DNA of 64,000 nt from Bacteriovoracaceae bacterium (GTDB lineage Bacteria; Bdellovibrionota; Bacteriovoracia; Bacteriovoracales; Bacteriovoracaceae): NCBI GenBank assembly GCA_048270185.1, contig JBLWTJ010000002.1, positions 288,001 to 352,000 of the forward strand, written 5' to 3'. Positions 49,850-60,015 of the stretch are shown piece after piece. A model generated the notes under the pieces. The model was not told where the DNA came from, did no database searches, and worked only from the letters and a program-made list of their open reading frames with translations. The position numbers and the translations under genes were made by a program. Numbering within the stretch: the first letter of the stretch is position 1; every line of letters starts with the position of its first letter.

Positions 49850-50356
49850 GTGGATTTAAAATACTTTCAAATGCTTGAGTTCATCAATACTAGACTTACT
49901 AATATTGAACGTAATTTAGCAAAAGTTGATGAGAAGATTGATTTCTCAGTTGCACTTCAGCGAAACCACTTAATCAGAGTAAAGAATGGTGAGTTCATTG
50001 ACGACAATATGATCCTCATGGGACTTCCATATAATGACCTCTCTCCACGTAAGGCCTTTGATATTTATGAAGATAAGGATATGGATTATATTATTCTAGA
50101 TATCACACCAAAAGATTTTGAAAGACCTGTTAAGCTAGATGGTGCCATTCATATTCCTTATGAAGAACTAGATCATCGCTATGCTGAAATTCAAAATAAG
50201 ACGACACCAATTCTTGTTATTAGTGAAGATGGACTTAAATCAATTCAAGCTTGTGAAAAGCTTGTAAAGAAAGGTTTCTTTAATATCAATAATGTCTCAG
50301 GTGGCTATAAATTTTGGCCATCATCACAGGGTTCTGTTGTTTTAAAGGTTGCCTAG
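49850..50356 (+). CDS. rhodanese-like domain protein (no catalytic Cys)
   Basis: GAIHIP, ISEDGLKS, NVSGGYKFW; GTG start after GGAGG. Confidence 0.8.
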   Translation: MDLKYFQMLEFINTRLTNIERNLAKVDEKIDFSVALQRNHLIRVKNGEFIDDNMILMGLPYNDLSPRKAFDIYEDKDMDYIILDITPKDFERPVKLDGAIHIPYEELDHRYAEIQNKTTPILVISEDGLKSIQACEKLVKKGFFNINNVSGGYKFWPSSQGSVVLKVA

Positions 50357-50360
50357 ATTA

Positions 50361-50846
50361 TTAGAAATCCAAAGACAAGTTGAGTTGAATTCTTGACTCG
50401 AGTGTATCTCTTTCAACATTACTCAGCTTGTCGTGCATATTCTCTAAAGTTGAAAGAATTCTCTCCAACTCCACTTCTCCAATACGTCTTGAGTAATTTG
50501 TTTCGATAAGTTCTAAAACATCATAAAGAGAAAATTTAAACTTTTCACCATACTCTGTTAAATAAACTCGTTGTTCTCTCTTATCAATTTCAGATGAGCG
50601 ACGAATAATATAGCCGCGTTTTTGAAGTTCATTTAGGTGACTTGTCATTGTTTGCTTCTTAAGTCCACAAGCAGCACCAACTTCTTTAATTGTCGGTCCT
50701 TCATTTTCACACGTATAGATTAAGATCTCTAGAAAGCTTGGCCTTAAGTCAGTAAAGCCCTTCTCTTGAAGATAACTAAGAATATGATTGCTATAGATTC
50801 GATAAATCTTTTTAAGTAAACTACCAATCGCTGAAACGTTCTTCAT
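50361..50846 (-). CDS. MarR-family transcriptional regulator
   Basis: wHTH with L.KRGYI.R...DKR..RVYLTEYG. Confidence 0.88.
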   Translation of the reverse strand: MKNVSAIGSLLKKIYRIYSNHILSYLQEKGFTDLRPSFLEILIYTCENEGPTIKEVGAACGLKKQTMTSHLNELQKRGYIIRRSSEIDKREQRVYLTEYGEKFKFSLYDVLELIETNYSRRIGEVELERILSTLENMHDKLSNVERDTLESRIQLNLSLDF

Positions 50847-50915
50847 TTCATACCTCACCAATAATACAAGTATTGTAGCGAGATAAAAAAGACATAGTCA
50901 AATATTAGTACTAAT

Positions 50916-51194
50916 TTAAAATACTCTCTCGTAACGCATAATTAATTCGTAAGGTACTGATTTAACAAGAGACTGCTCCTGAGGGCCTACTTCGACCGGT
51001 GCCTGAGCATCAGAAATGGCCTGCTGATTTGGAATTTTTAGATCCTGCGTATGAACATACTCAAAATCAAGCCCCATATTCCACATATCTTCCTTAAGCT
51101 GATCAAAGAGTTCGAATTCACCATTAGCAAAAACTTGCGAAGAAGCGCTTAATAGTAGAACAAGTGTTAAAAGTTTAATCAGCTTTTTGGCCAT
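50916..51194 (-). CDS. small secreted hypothetical protein
   Basis: GGAG SD; signal peptide ending VFA. Confidence 0.7.
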   Translation of the reverse strand: MAKKLIKLLTLVLLLSASSQVFANGEFELFDQLKEDMWNMGLDFEYVHTQDLKIPNQQAISDAQAPVEVGPQEQSLVKSVPYELIMRYERVF

Positions 51195-51228
51195 ATTAGC
51201 TCCATATTGAGTTGTTTTCCCTTATAGA

Positions 51229-51244
51229 TGCATATGACATGCCA
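51229..51244 (-). promoter_or_regulatory. sigma54 promoter
   Basis: TGGCATGTCATATGCA with exact -24/-12 spacing. Confidence 0.6.
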
Positions 51245-51248
51245 AAAA

Positions 51249-52361
51249 CTAGAAGAATCTCCTCGTGTTTGAGATGGAAGTTGCCACTCCAATACATACG
51301 CCAAAAGTTAGAAGTGAAGAGCCACCATAAGACATAAGAGGTAGAGGAAGACCTACAACAGGTAGAAGTCCCATTACCATTCCCATATTGATAAAGGTGT
51401 GCCAGAAGAAAATACTCATGACACCAATAATGGTGACAGACTCAAAGATACGACTCACATTGACCGAAAGCCAAATAAACCTAAAGAATAAGAAGAGATA
51501 AAGACCAATAAGAAGGATGGCCCCAAAGAAGCCGTGCTCTTCATTGTAAATTGAGAAAACAAAGTCCGTGTGGTTTTCAGGAAGATAATTTAAGGAAGCT
51601 TGTGAAGACTTTCGAAGTCCTTTTCCAAATATCTTTCCAGAGCCAATTGCAATCTTTGATTGAATAGCATTATAGCCAGTTCCCTTGGCATCGGCCGTTG
51701 GATTTAAAAAAGTTTTAATACGATTTCTCTGATATTCCTTAAGTCCAAACTGATACATCACTCCTCCACTCATAAGACCAACAAGGCCAAGAATGAGAAG
51801 AGTCTTCCACTTCAACTTTCTAAAGAAAACCATTGTGAAGAAGATTAGAAGAATAAGAAGACCTGTTCCTAAGTCTGGTTGAACGACAATTAATATCGTC
51901 GGAATTAAAGCAAGGATAGCAGGTTTGATTAAATCTTTTAAGCCTAGTTCTGTATCGGGTGCGTAATTTCGAAAGTACCTGGCAAGAACAAAGATTACTG
52001 ATATCTTCATTAACTCGGAAGGTTGAAATCGAATAGGGCCAACCATAAGCCAACGTCTTGCCCCCATCCCCTTATGTCCAAGAACAATAACAAGCACAAG
52101 CAGTAGAATATTAAATAAGTAAATCGGCCACGCAAAGCGGTAGAGGTTTTGTGGATTGATAAAGCTTATCACAAAGGCAATTACAATTGATAAGACGTAC
52201 CAACCGATTTGTACCTTATATAAGTTTGCATGGGCCGAACTTGCTGAAGCATGTGTAGCCGAATAGAGATTAAGTATCCCAAAAATAAAGATAACCAGAC
52301 TAAAAAAGAAGAATGAGAAATCATATCGTTTTAAAAATTCTTTAATATTTGATAAATCCAT
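51249..52361 (-). CDS. rodA: rod shape-determining SEDS protein RodA
   Basis: GARRW, QPSELMK, QPDLGT, PENHTDF, SYGGSS; downstream of mrdA. Confidence 0.96.
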   Translation of the reverse strand: MDLSNIKEFLKRYDFSFFFFSLVIFIFGILNLYSATHASASSAHANLYKVQIGWYVLSIVIAFVISFINPQNLYRFAWPIYLFNILLLVLVIVLGHKGMGARRWLMVGPIRFQPSELMKISVIFVLARYFRNYAPDTELGLKDLIKPAILALIPTILIVVQPDLGTGLLILLIFFTMVFFRKLKWKTLLILGLVGLMSGGVMYQFGLKEYQRNRIKTFLNPTADAKGTGYNAIQSKIAIGSGKIFGKGLRKSSQASLNYLPENHTDFVFSIYNEEHGFFGAILLIGLYLFLFFRFIWLSVNVSRIFESVTIIGVMSIFFWHTFINMGMVMGLLPVVGLPLPLMSYGGSSLLTFGVCIGVATSISNTRRFF

Positions 52362-52364
52362 TAT

Positions 52365-54371
52365 CTAGTCCTCTTCTTGACCATCATCATTAGATTCTGC
52401 TTCTTGTTGCTTTTCTTCTTTAAGGCGCTGGGCTTCTTCTCGCTTTTTACGACGGTCCGCAAAGAATTTTGCCATAATTGCACGATCTTCTTTAGCATAA
52501 ATCTTGTGAAGATCAGGCATATACTTTTTCATATATGTTGTTAGTACATCACGAACAATAGGTCCTGCTGCCCCCGATCCAGAACAACCGTGTTCGACAA
52601 CTGCAGCGACGGCAACTCGTGGGTCTTCATATGGAGCAAAAGCAACGAATAGGCCGTGATGTCGTTGAAGATATGGCTTTTCAGAACACTTTGCGAAAAG
52701 CTCAGTTGTTGACATCGAAATAACTTGAGACGTTCCAGATTTTCCGGCCATCTTAACTCCGGTACCACGAATCCACCAACCTGTTCCCTTTGGATGGTTT
52801 GCAACTTCGTAGAGACCTTTACGAACATCAACTAATGTCTGTTCACTTATATCTGCAGTACTTACAAGTTCTTCTTTAAAGCTCTTAAGAATATCACCTT
52901 TATTATTGAAAACTTCTCTTACAATTTGAGGCTTAAAAACCTTTCCTCCATTTGCAATTGCGGCATATGAAATAGCAAGTTGTAGTGGTGTTGTTAAAAC
53001 GTAAGATTGTCCAATTACACAACTGACAGTCTCACCATCTTGCCACTTCTCACCAAACCTCTTCTCCTTCCACTCTCTAGTTGGGATAAGACCCGAAGTT
53101 TCACGCGGCAGAGCAATCCCAGTCTTCTCTCCAAGACCAAACATACGAGCGTACTTAGCAAGAATATCAATATCTAGTTCAACAGCGATCTTATAATAGT
53201 AGACGTCAACAGAGCGCCTTAGAGATTTATATAAATTTGTAATACCATGACCGCTTCTTTTCCAGTCATTATAAGTTCGACGGCCCAATCTAAAGCGTGG
53301 TCCACACATTACTTCGTCTTTCGCTTTTATTATGCCTTCTTCAAGAGCAGCAATGGCCGTGAAAGTTTTAAAGGTTGAACCCGGAGCATAATGGTCTTGA
53401 ATTGTACGATCACGTAGTGGACGATCAGGGTTATTGATTAATGAATTCCAATACTCTGAAGTTAAACCTTTTGAGAATTGTCCCGGATCAAATGAAGGAC
53501 GAGATACCATTGTTAAAACTTCACCATTTCTTACGTCAACAGCTACAACACCACCTACTTTTCCTTCAAGGGAATTAAAGGCAGTAATTTGCATATCACG
53601 ATCAATTGTCAGCCTTAAGTTATTTCCTGGCGTTGCTTTCTTATTTTGAATTCCTGCAAGGATATTACTCGTTCCTATTGAACGTCTCATTCTCCCACGA
53701 GCATCAACTTCCATAATTTGATAACCATCTTCACCTCGAAGATTACGATCAAACCTCTCTTCAATACCAGCTTGTCCAATAAAATCTCCAAGCTTGTAAT
53801 CGATATTATCTCTCTTGCGATAACGAGGTAATTGATTCTGAGAAATCTCACTAATATAACCAAGTAAGTGAGAGCCTACTTCTTTATCGCGGTACTCTCT
53901 TGAAATGAATGTTTCAACTTGCACACCAGGTAGCTTTTCATTTTCTGTTTCAATGATTGCAACTTCTTTATTAGTAATATTCTTTTTGATTCGAACAGGA
54001 CGATAACGAGCTTGCCCCCTATACTTCTTCAACGTTGCATAAATTTCTTTCTCAGTCATATCGAGAATCTTGGCTAACTTCTTAACCGTCTCTTTCTTAT
54101 TATCTAAGTATTGCGGAATGATAACTAAGTCAAAGCGAGGAACGTTATCTACAAGTAATTGGTTATTTCTCGAGAAGATCATTCCGCGAGGTGCTTTAAC
54201 CGTCTCTTTTCTTAGTCTATTTTGAATTGAGTATTGATACAGTAAATCACCTTGATAGATTTGAAGATACCATAGACGAATGAGAATAATCGCAAATGCA
54301 ATTGTAATTAAAGTAAATAGAATGTCGGCCCTCGTTTTATGGGCGCGAACAACTTCTTCTTCAGCAAACAT
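52365..54371 (-). CDS. mrdA: penicillin-binding protein 2
   Basis: PRG dimerisation domain; STFK, SVD and KSG motifs. Confidence 0.95.
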   Translation of the reverse strand: MFAEEEVVRAHKTRADILFTLITIAFAIILIRLWYLQIYQGDLLYQYSIQNRLRKETVKAPRGMIFSRNNQLLVDNVPRFDLVIIPQYLDNKKETVKKLAKILDMTEKEIYATLKKYRGQARYRPVRIKKNITNKEVAIIETENEKLPGVQVETFISREYRDKEVGSHLLGYISEISQNQLPRYRKRDNIDYKLGDFIGQAGIEERFDRNLRGEDGYQIMEVDARGRMRRSIGTSNILAGIQNKKATPGNNLRLTIDRDMQITAFNSLEGKVGGVVAVDVRNGEVLTMVSRPSFDPGQFSKGLTSEYWNSLINNPDRPLRDRTIQDHYAPGSTFKTFTAIAALEEGIIKAKDEVMCGPRFRLGRRTYNDWKRSGHGITNLYKSLRRSVDVYYYKIAVELDIDILAKYARMFGLGEKTGIALPRETSGLIPTREWKEKRFGEKWQDGETVSCVIGQSYVLTTPLQLAISYAAIANGGKVFKPQIVREVFNNKGDILKSFKEELVSTADISEQTLVDVRKGLYEVANHPKGTGWWIRGTGVKMAGKSGTSQVISMSTTELFAKCSEKPYLQRHHGLFVAFAPYEDPRVAVAAVVEHGCSGSGAAGPIVRDVLTTYMKKYMPDLHKIYAKEDRAIMAKFFADRRKKREEAQRLKEEKQQEAESNDDGQEED

Positions 54372-54901
54372 TAGATATTATTCCCCATTAAACCTTCGGC
54401 CTTAGTTTTCCAAACCTTATCTAAGAGAGAAAAGAATATAGGTGCAAGTAATGATAGTATTATACTTTCAGGAATGAATCGCCAAAACTTCTGAACAATA
54501 TAATCCATGCTTCCAAACTTTAAATATAGAAGAGAGGAGCTGATAAAGAACCAAAGTATCTGAAAGAGGAATACTGTTAACATAGTAACAAAGCTACTTG
54601 TGAAGTGTAGTAGATCTCTAAGATAGGCAATAACAATACAGATTAGTACACCTGCAATTGTTCCATATTCCCATCCCTCAATTGAAAAGAGAGAATGTGT
54701 TAACTGTAGTACTAAAATAATAATGGCCAAGTATGGAGTCTCTAATTTAAATCCAACATATAGAACGATAAGGATATTAAAAGGAATCATATACTTATTT
54801 AGTCCAAATAGAGGTAAGAAAGCACTAGCAAGAACTTCTAAGACAATTAAGATAAGTACTGTAATAAGTAGTCTAATAGGTATATCTGACGACTTAATCA
54901 T
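54371..54901 (-). CDS. mreD: rod shape-determining protein MreD
   Basis: Multi-TM ~176-aa ORF between mreC and mrdA; ATGA overlap with mreC. Confidence 0.8.
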   Translation of the reverse strand: MIKSSDIPIRLLITVLILIVLEVLASAFLPLFGLNKYMIPFNILIVLYVGFKLETPYLAIIILVLQLTHSLFSIEGWEYGTIAGVLICIVIAYLRDLLHFTSSFVTMLTVFLFQILWFFISSSLLYLKFGSMDYIVQKFWRFIPESIILSLLAPIFFSLLDKVWKTKAEGLMGNNI

Positions 54902-55788
54902 CTTCCTTCTCCTTGTTGTGCATTCTCTTCGAGGGCATCCCACTCCACTCTCTTTTTATCTTGTTCATCACCCGGAACAAGAACGGCTACTTCCTCAAGC
55001 CTTGAGAAGTCAACAGTTGGAGTTACTTCAAGATGTTGAGTAATACCGTAACTCTCTCTTTCAATTTTTGTAATCATGCCAACAGGAATCCCCTTTGGAT
55101 AAATATTTCCAAGTCCTGATGTAATAACTAAGTCATTGAGCCTAACAGGGTCTGTACGTACAACATACTTCATCACGGTTCGCCAACCAGAGTACCCCTC
55201 AAGAATTCCATATGAACGTGTGCGATTCACAATAACGTCAACGCGGTTACTTGGATCAAGGATTGTTAGAATATCGGCAAAGTGATCAGTTAGACGATAA
55301 ACATAACCAACAATACCTTCAGATGTAACAACAGTTGATTGTAACTTCACACCGTCACTATAACCTTTATCAATTCTGATGACGCGGAAATCACTTGATG
55401 AATCCCAAGCAACAACCTGCGCAGAGATCATATCGTGCTTAATTTTTTTACCAAAATTTAAGATCGCTCTAAGTCTTGTATTTTCTTGCTCTAATTGCTT
55501 CAAAGCAAAAACTTCTTGTTTAAGTGAACCAATCTTTTCTTTCAAAGAGACATTTTCTTTCGAAGCATTAACGTTGAGCATATAGTCCTCAAAGAATGAG
55601 GCTACATTCTTATATGCACTTGATAGCCCTCGTTGAAGAGGTGCTAGTGTATCCATCATGACATTTTCAAAAATAGAGGCTTCCTTGTAGGGAGATTTTC
55701 TTTTTGACACGCCGTAAAATGCAAGTGATAGGACAACTAAGTTGACGATTAATTTTGTTCGAGATCCTTCCGATGCAATCAGCTTCAT
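54898..55788 (-). CDS. mreC: rod shape-determining protein MreC
   Basis: Coiled coil EN.RLR, IDKG..DG, TSGLG.IYPKGI.VG. Confidence 0.95.
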   Translation of the reverse strand: MKLIASEGSRTKLIVNLVVLSLAFYGVSKRKSPYKEASIFENVMMDTLAPLQRGLSSAYKNVASFFEDYMLNVNASKENVSLKEKIGSLKQEVFALKQLEQENTRLRAILNFGKKIKHDMISAQVVAWDSSSDFRVIRIDKGYSDGVKLQSTVVTSEGIVGYVYRLTDHFADILTILDPSNRVDVIVNRTRSYGILEGYSGWRTVMKYVVRTDPVRLNDLVITSGLGNIYPKGIPVGMITKIERESYGITQHLEVTPTVDFSRLEEVAVLVPGDEQDKKRVEWDALEENAQQGEGR

Positions 55789-55919
55789 TCTAATCCTAAG
55801 TTGCTAATTTTTTTTATATTAAAAGAGTACACAGGATTATTTAAACTGCCAATATTCTTTACGTTATAGCTTTCTTAAGTGATAATATCGTCAAAATCAA
55901 AATTACATGGAGTAGTAAA

Positions 55920-57380
55920 ATGTCATCTAGTTTTCAGAAAAAATCATCACAGATATTCCTGACTCTTTTTATCGGAATAATTGTAATTTCATTTATGGTT
56001 TCAGGTCCATTCTTTAACACTGGAACACCAGATTCAATTGGTTCTGTTGCAGGACTTGATATTAAGGTTCGCGACTTCAATCAAGAAGTTCAAAGACAAT
56101 CTGAATTCTATTCAAAATTTATTGCTGGAGGACAACCCCTAACAGCAAAACAAATGAGCCAATATAAAGTTTATGATAACGCTATCAGAAACCTTGTTTT
56201 TCAAAAGCTAAGAGTTGTTCTTGCTAATGATCTAGGAATCGTTATCTCAAAAGAAGAGATCGTTGCAGATATTCAAAACACACCTTATTTCCAAACGAAT
56301 AAGCAATTTGATATCAACAAGTACAAGACTATCCTTGCTTACAATAAATTCACTCCAGAAAATTACGAAGAAGAAACTAGAAACCGTCTTGCTATTGAGA
56401 AATTACAAAATATTATTCAGCACGTTCCTGTTTCTAAGAATCTAGAAAAAGAACTAAATGAATTATATAACGACAAGAGAGCTGCAAAAGTAATTAATAT
56501 CGGCCACGCTGAACTTAGAAAACTTGTTAAGATTTCAAACTCTGAAATTACAAACTTTCTTAAAGATGAAGCAAGTAAAGCTCGTGTTGAGTCTTTATTT
56601 AATGACAAGAAGGCTCTTCTTAGCCAACCAGAACAAGTTAAAACAAGACATATCCTAATCGATACTGAAAAAGGTGATGCAGAAGCTCTTAAGAAAGCTC
56701 AGAAAATTAGAAAAGAACTTACTGCTAAGAACTTTGCTCGTCTTGCTAAGAAGTACACAGATGAGCCTCAAGGAAAGAATAACGGTGGAGACCTTAATTG
56801 GGTAAGACGTGGAGCAATGGTTCCTGAATTTGAAAAAGCTGCTTTTGAACTGAAAAAAGGTGAAATTTCAAATCCAGTTAAAACTTCTTACGGTTACCAC
56901 ATCATCTTCGCTGAAGACAGAAAAGAAGCTATTGAAGCAAAACTAGCTGACCACGAAAGAGATCTTGCAAAAGAAATTCTTCAAAAAGAAAAAGATATTA
57001 AGGGCCTAATTGCTCAAGCTGTGAGCGAAGTAGAAGCAGCTGCTAATAACTCTAAAAGACTAGAAAGCGTAAAAGCAAAGTACAACTTAAAGATTAGCGA
57101 TATCAAAGTAAATAAGCTTGAAGGAGCAGGTCCAACTGGTGAACTTGAAGAATCACAAGTTGCCGAGATTTTCTCTAAACCAGCTGGTGAATTTACATTT
57201 GAAAGTGCTAACAAAACAATGGTTGTTGTAGCAAAGCCACTTAAGTCAACAGATTCAAAAGGTTACGATCTAAATGCTCTTGGTAATATTTCTGCTCAAC
57301 AAAACATTAAAACTCTGTTAGATAAGTTAGGTACAGAGTACACATTTAAGCAAAATAAATACGCTCAAATACCACAGTAA
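55920..57380 (+). CDS. PpiD/SurA-type membrane-anchored parvulin PPIase chaperone
   Basis: N-terminal TM, SurA_N-like domain, RHILI...GGDL...MVPEFE..AF...YGYHII. Confidence 0.88.
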   Translation: MSSSFQKKSSQIFLTLFIGIIVISFMVSGPFFNTGTPDSIGSVAGLDIKVRDFNQEVQRQSEFYSKFIAGGQPLTAKQMSQYKVYDNAIRNLVFQKLRVVLANDLGIVISKEEIVADIQNTPYFQTNKQFDINKYKTILAYNKFTPENYEEETRNRLAIEKLQNIIQHVPVSKNLEKELNELYNDKRAAKVINIGHAELRKLVKISNSEITNFLKDEASKARVESLFNDKKALLSQPEQVKTRHILIDTEKGDAEALKKAQKIRKELTAKNFARLAKKYTDEPQGKNNGGDLNWVRRGAMVPEFEKAAFELKKGEISNPVKTSYGYHIIFAEDRKEAIEAKLADHERDLAKEILQKEKDIKGLIAQAVSEVEAAANNSKRLESVKAKYNLKISDIKVNKLEGAGPTGELEESQVAEIFSKPAGEFTFESANKTMVVVAKPLKSTDSKGYDLNALGNISAQQNIKTLLDKLGTEYTFKQNKYAQIPQ

Positions 57381-57401
57381 TAAATAATTTGGAGAAGTGA
57401 G

Positions 57402-57632
57402 ATGGCCGACAAAGACGCAAAATTTGATCTAAATGTAGAAGGAAAATTCTATGTTGATGACCAATGCATCGCTTGTGATGCTTGCGTTATGGAGGCCCCT
57501 CGCTTTTTCGAAATGAATGACGACGAAGGACACGCATTCGTTAAACTTCAGCCAACAAATGACGCTGAACTTGAAGAGTGCATGTCGGCCCTTGAAGCCT
57601 GCCCTGTCGAGGCCATTGGTGAGGACGGCTAA
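57402..57632 (+). CDS. monocluster ferredoxin
   Basis: CIACDAC ... ACPVEAI. Confidence 0.92.
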   Translation: MADKDAKFDLNVEGKFYVDDQCIACDACVMEAPRFFEMNDDEGHAFVKLQPTNDAELEECMSALEACPVEAIGEDG

Positions 57633-57737
57633 GTCCTCAAATTCTTTGCAATTTCACTCCCAACACACTCTCCTAACTATTTAAAATCACATTAAATTTA
57701 ATTTAAGTTATCGGCGCAATTAACCGACTAGTATAAT

Positions 57738-59585
57738 ATGGTTATGAAGTCTATTGGTGTATATGCCCTATTTATCTCAACACTGGTATTTGCTGAAAGC
57801 AATGAACAGAAGCAATACCTGGAGATAATCACTCGCGATAATCCAATGATAAAGAGTGCAATGTCTGTTGATGGCGTAAAAGATATCTACGACAATTGCT
57901 ATGGCCTTGATAAAGCTGACGGAGTTATCGAACAAGACTCAGATCCAAATAAAGTTTTAAGTACATGTCTTTGGAATGGTATCCAAGCCGATTCGAAAAT
58001 TCATGATGAAGTTAAGAAATTAGTCGATGACCAGAGCGGTAAAGATGGAACTGGTCGATTCCGCAATACAATGGAAACAAAGAAGAACTCAAGCAAAGGT
58101 GTTCTTGCTCTTAAGAAGTTTTATGAAGAACGTCTTCAAGAGGCCCTCTATGGAGAATACGATCCAGAGCGTGGAAAATTTAAAAAACTTGCTACTCAAA
58201 AGACATTCTTTGAACTTTATAAAACACAGCTTGGTAAGAATATTATCGCTTCCCTTACAAACTACTGTATCGATGCTGGTACTTATTCTTCAAACTTCCC
58301 ACTTGTTCACTATGACTCAACGGCAGTAAAGGCCGATCAAAACGACAATATTACAAAGTTGAATCAAGTTACATCATCTGGAGAACTCCAGGCATCCGCT
58401 CACTGGACTAGCTGTATTGGAAAAATCGCTCAAGTCTGTTATGCAGGAGCTTCAGCAACAGCACCGGCCTATAAGCAGATTGACCCAAATGACCCATCTA
58501 ATACTAAAATAATAACCTACTCAGAAATTAAAACGAGTTGTGAAACGACATATGTACCAACGGCAAGTGGTGCAACCGCGGCTACAGAATGTCCAAAAAT
58601 TATTCAAGAATCTAATAAGCGCTCATGTGCAGTCATGCAGTATATTGAGCTAGCGAAGCAGAGCCTTATAAAAACAGATGGGATCTTATCGGAATTCGAC
58701 AAAATGAATAATGTTCAAGGTCTTGCAGATGTTGAAATTTATGATCCGACTAAAAATAATAAAGAAAGCCTTGATGCTCTGACAACTCTTTCATCAGGGG
58801 ATGCCCTTAAGGCACTAGCAGAGGGACAGCAAGAAGATATCGCAAAGATAGAAGAATGTTATAAGGATGGTGCGATTGTTAACTCTGATAAGTGTAGTGT
58901 GTACCTCTCAAGTGACGGCCAAGAACAATACGCCCTCCTTGGTGAATTAAAAATTCAACAAGAAGCGACCCTTGAGAAGCTTCGTGACATCGATGAGTCA
59001 AATGAAGATGAAATTGCAAAAATTCTACTAGAGGAAGGTTATTCTCCCGATGAGGCAAAGCAGCTAGCAACAGTTAATGGAATTAAGGATCAAATAGCTG
59101 CTCGTTTTCAAGCAAAGAAAGATGCCATTCTAAAATCTCTTGCTGATGAAATTCAGGCCCACACGACAAAGGGAGACAGTTTTGATGAAACTGTCGACAC
59201 AGGAAATATTGCAAGTATTGCAGATGAAATAAAAACTCGACCAGAAAACTTCTCCAAGCTTGTTCACTTTAACAATATTGTTTCATCATACTTATCAATT
59301 CGTGGGCAAGATGAAGATGGAAATTCTGTTGAGAAACAAAATACGGCCGCCCTTGCTGCTGAGATGGAAAACTCATTTATTTCAGAAGAGAATAAAGAAA
59401 AATATAGAGAACTTGGAATCGATCTTAGTAGTATCAACTACTCTACAGATGAGATTAATCAAAGATTCGCTGAAACAGGAATGGACTACTCTGAGTCATC
59501 GAATGATGATGCCACTCTAGGCGTTGCCGATATCAATACACACATTATTGGATTATTTGTTCCGCCGGCCGCGGATGCGGAATAA
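57738..59585 (+). CDS. secreted Cys-containing hypothetical protein
   Basis: 615-aa ORF with signal peptide ending VFA. Confidence 0.75.
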   Translation: MVMKSIGVYALFISTLVFAESNEQKQYLEIITRDNPMIKSAMSVDGVKDIYDNCYGLDKADGVIEQDSDPNKVLSTCLWNGIQADSKIHDEVKKLVDDQSGKDGTGRFRNTMETKKNSSKGVLALKKFYEERLQEALYGEYDPERGKFKKLATQKTFFELYKTQLGKNIIASLTNYCIDAGTYSSNFPLVHYDSTAVKADQNDNITKLNQVTSSGELQASAHWTSCIGKIAQVCYAGASATAPAYKQIDPNDPSNTKIITYSEIKTSCETTYVPTASGATAATECPKIIQESNKRSCAVMQYIELAKQSLIKTDGILSEFDKMNNVQGLADVEIYDPTKNNKESLDALTTLSSGDALKALAEGQQEDIAKIEECYKDGAIVNSDKCSVYLSSDGQEQYALLGELKIQQEATLEKLRDIDESNEDEIAKILLEEGYSPDEAKQLATVNGIKDQIAARFQAKKDAILKSLADEIQAHTTKGDSFDETVDTGNIASIADEIKTRPENFSKLVHFNNIVSSYLSIRGQDEDGNSVEKQNTAALAAEMENSFISEENKEKYRELGIDLSSINYSTDEINQRFAETGMDYSESSNDDATLGVADINTHIIGLFVPPAADAE

Positions 59586-59639
59586 GAATTTTCTATTATT
59601 GAGTAAACTTTAAATTAGAGATTTAGATATTGCTGTATT

Positions 59640-60015
59640 GCTAACTTTAGCTTTGCTAAAGTGTCGCTTTTCTTGCGAAGAGTTGGCTAACTTTCACTTC
59701 GTGAAAGTGTCGCTTTATGTGCAAAGATTTTTTGCTCCTGAGACACATCCTGCGGCAAAAGTGCCCCAAAGGGCAGTTTTGAAGCAGAGATGAATGTGAT
59801 TCAAGAAACAAAGAGCGATAGCTCGCGTGTTTCGGTCATATGAGAAAGCTTGTTGCTAACTTTCACTTCGTGAAAGTGTCGCTTTATGTGCAAAGATTTT
59901 TTGCTCCAGAGGCAACAAAGCCGGGCTTGAACCCGGCTTGTTGAATTAGTAAATTTTCTTTTGCATGGGGAGCTAGCATAGCGTCCAATAGTTTGCCTTT
60001 GGGCAAACTATGACG
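59640..60015. repeat. modular hairpin repeat cluster (REP/BIME-like)
   Basis: Identical 53-bp units at 59686-59738 and 59855-59907, a compensatory-variant 31-bp unit at 59640-59670, further hairpins, and copy 2 of the 5179-5289 element at 59901-60015. Confidence 0.85.

Noticed and set aside
51249..55788. mreB missing from the mreCD-mrdA-rodA cluster
   Set aside because: mreB can be encoded separately, as in Bdellovibrio; nothing here indicates loss
59640..59907. CRISPR array
   Set aside because: Only 2-3 units with very unequal, self-structured spacers (15 and >100 bp) and no cas genes in the window
59980..60015. c-di-GMP-I riboswitch (GGCAAAC...GGACGC on the minus strand)
   Set aside because: Lacks the GNRA-capped stem between the motifs and the following receptor stem; located 3' of a gene
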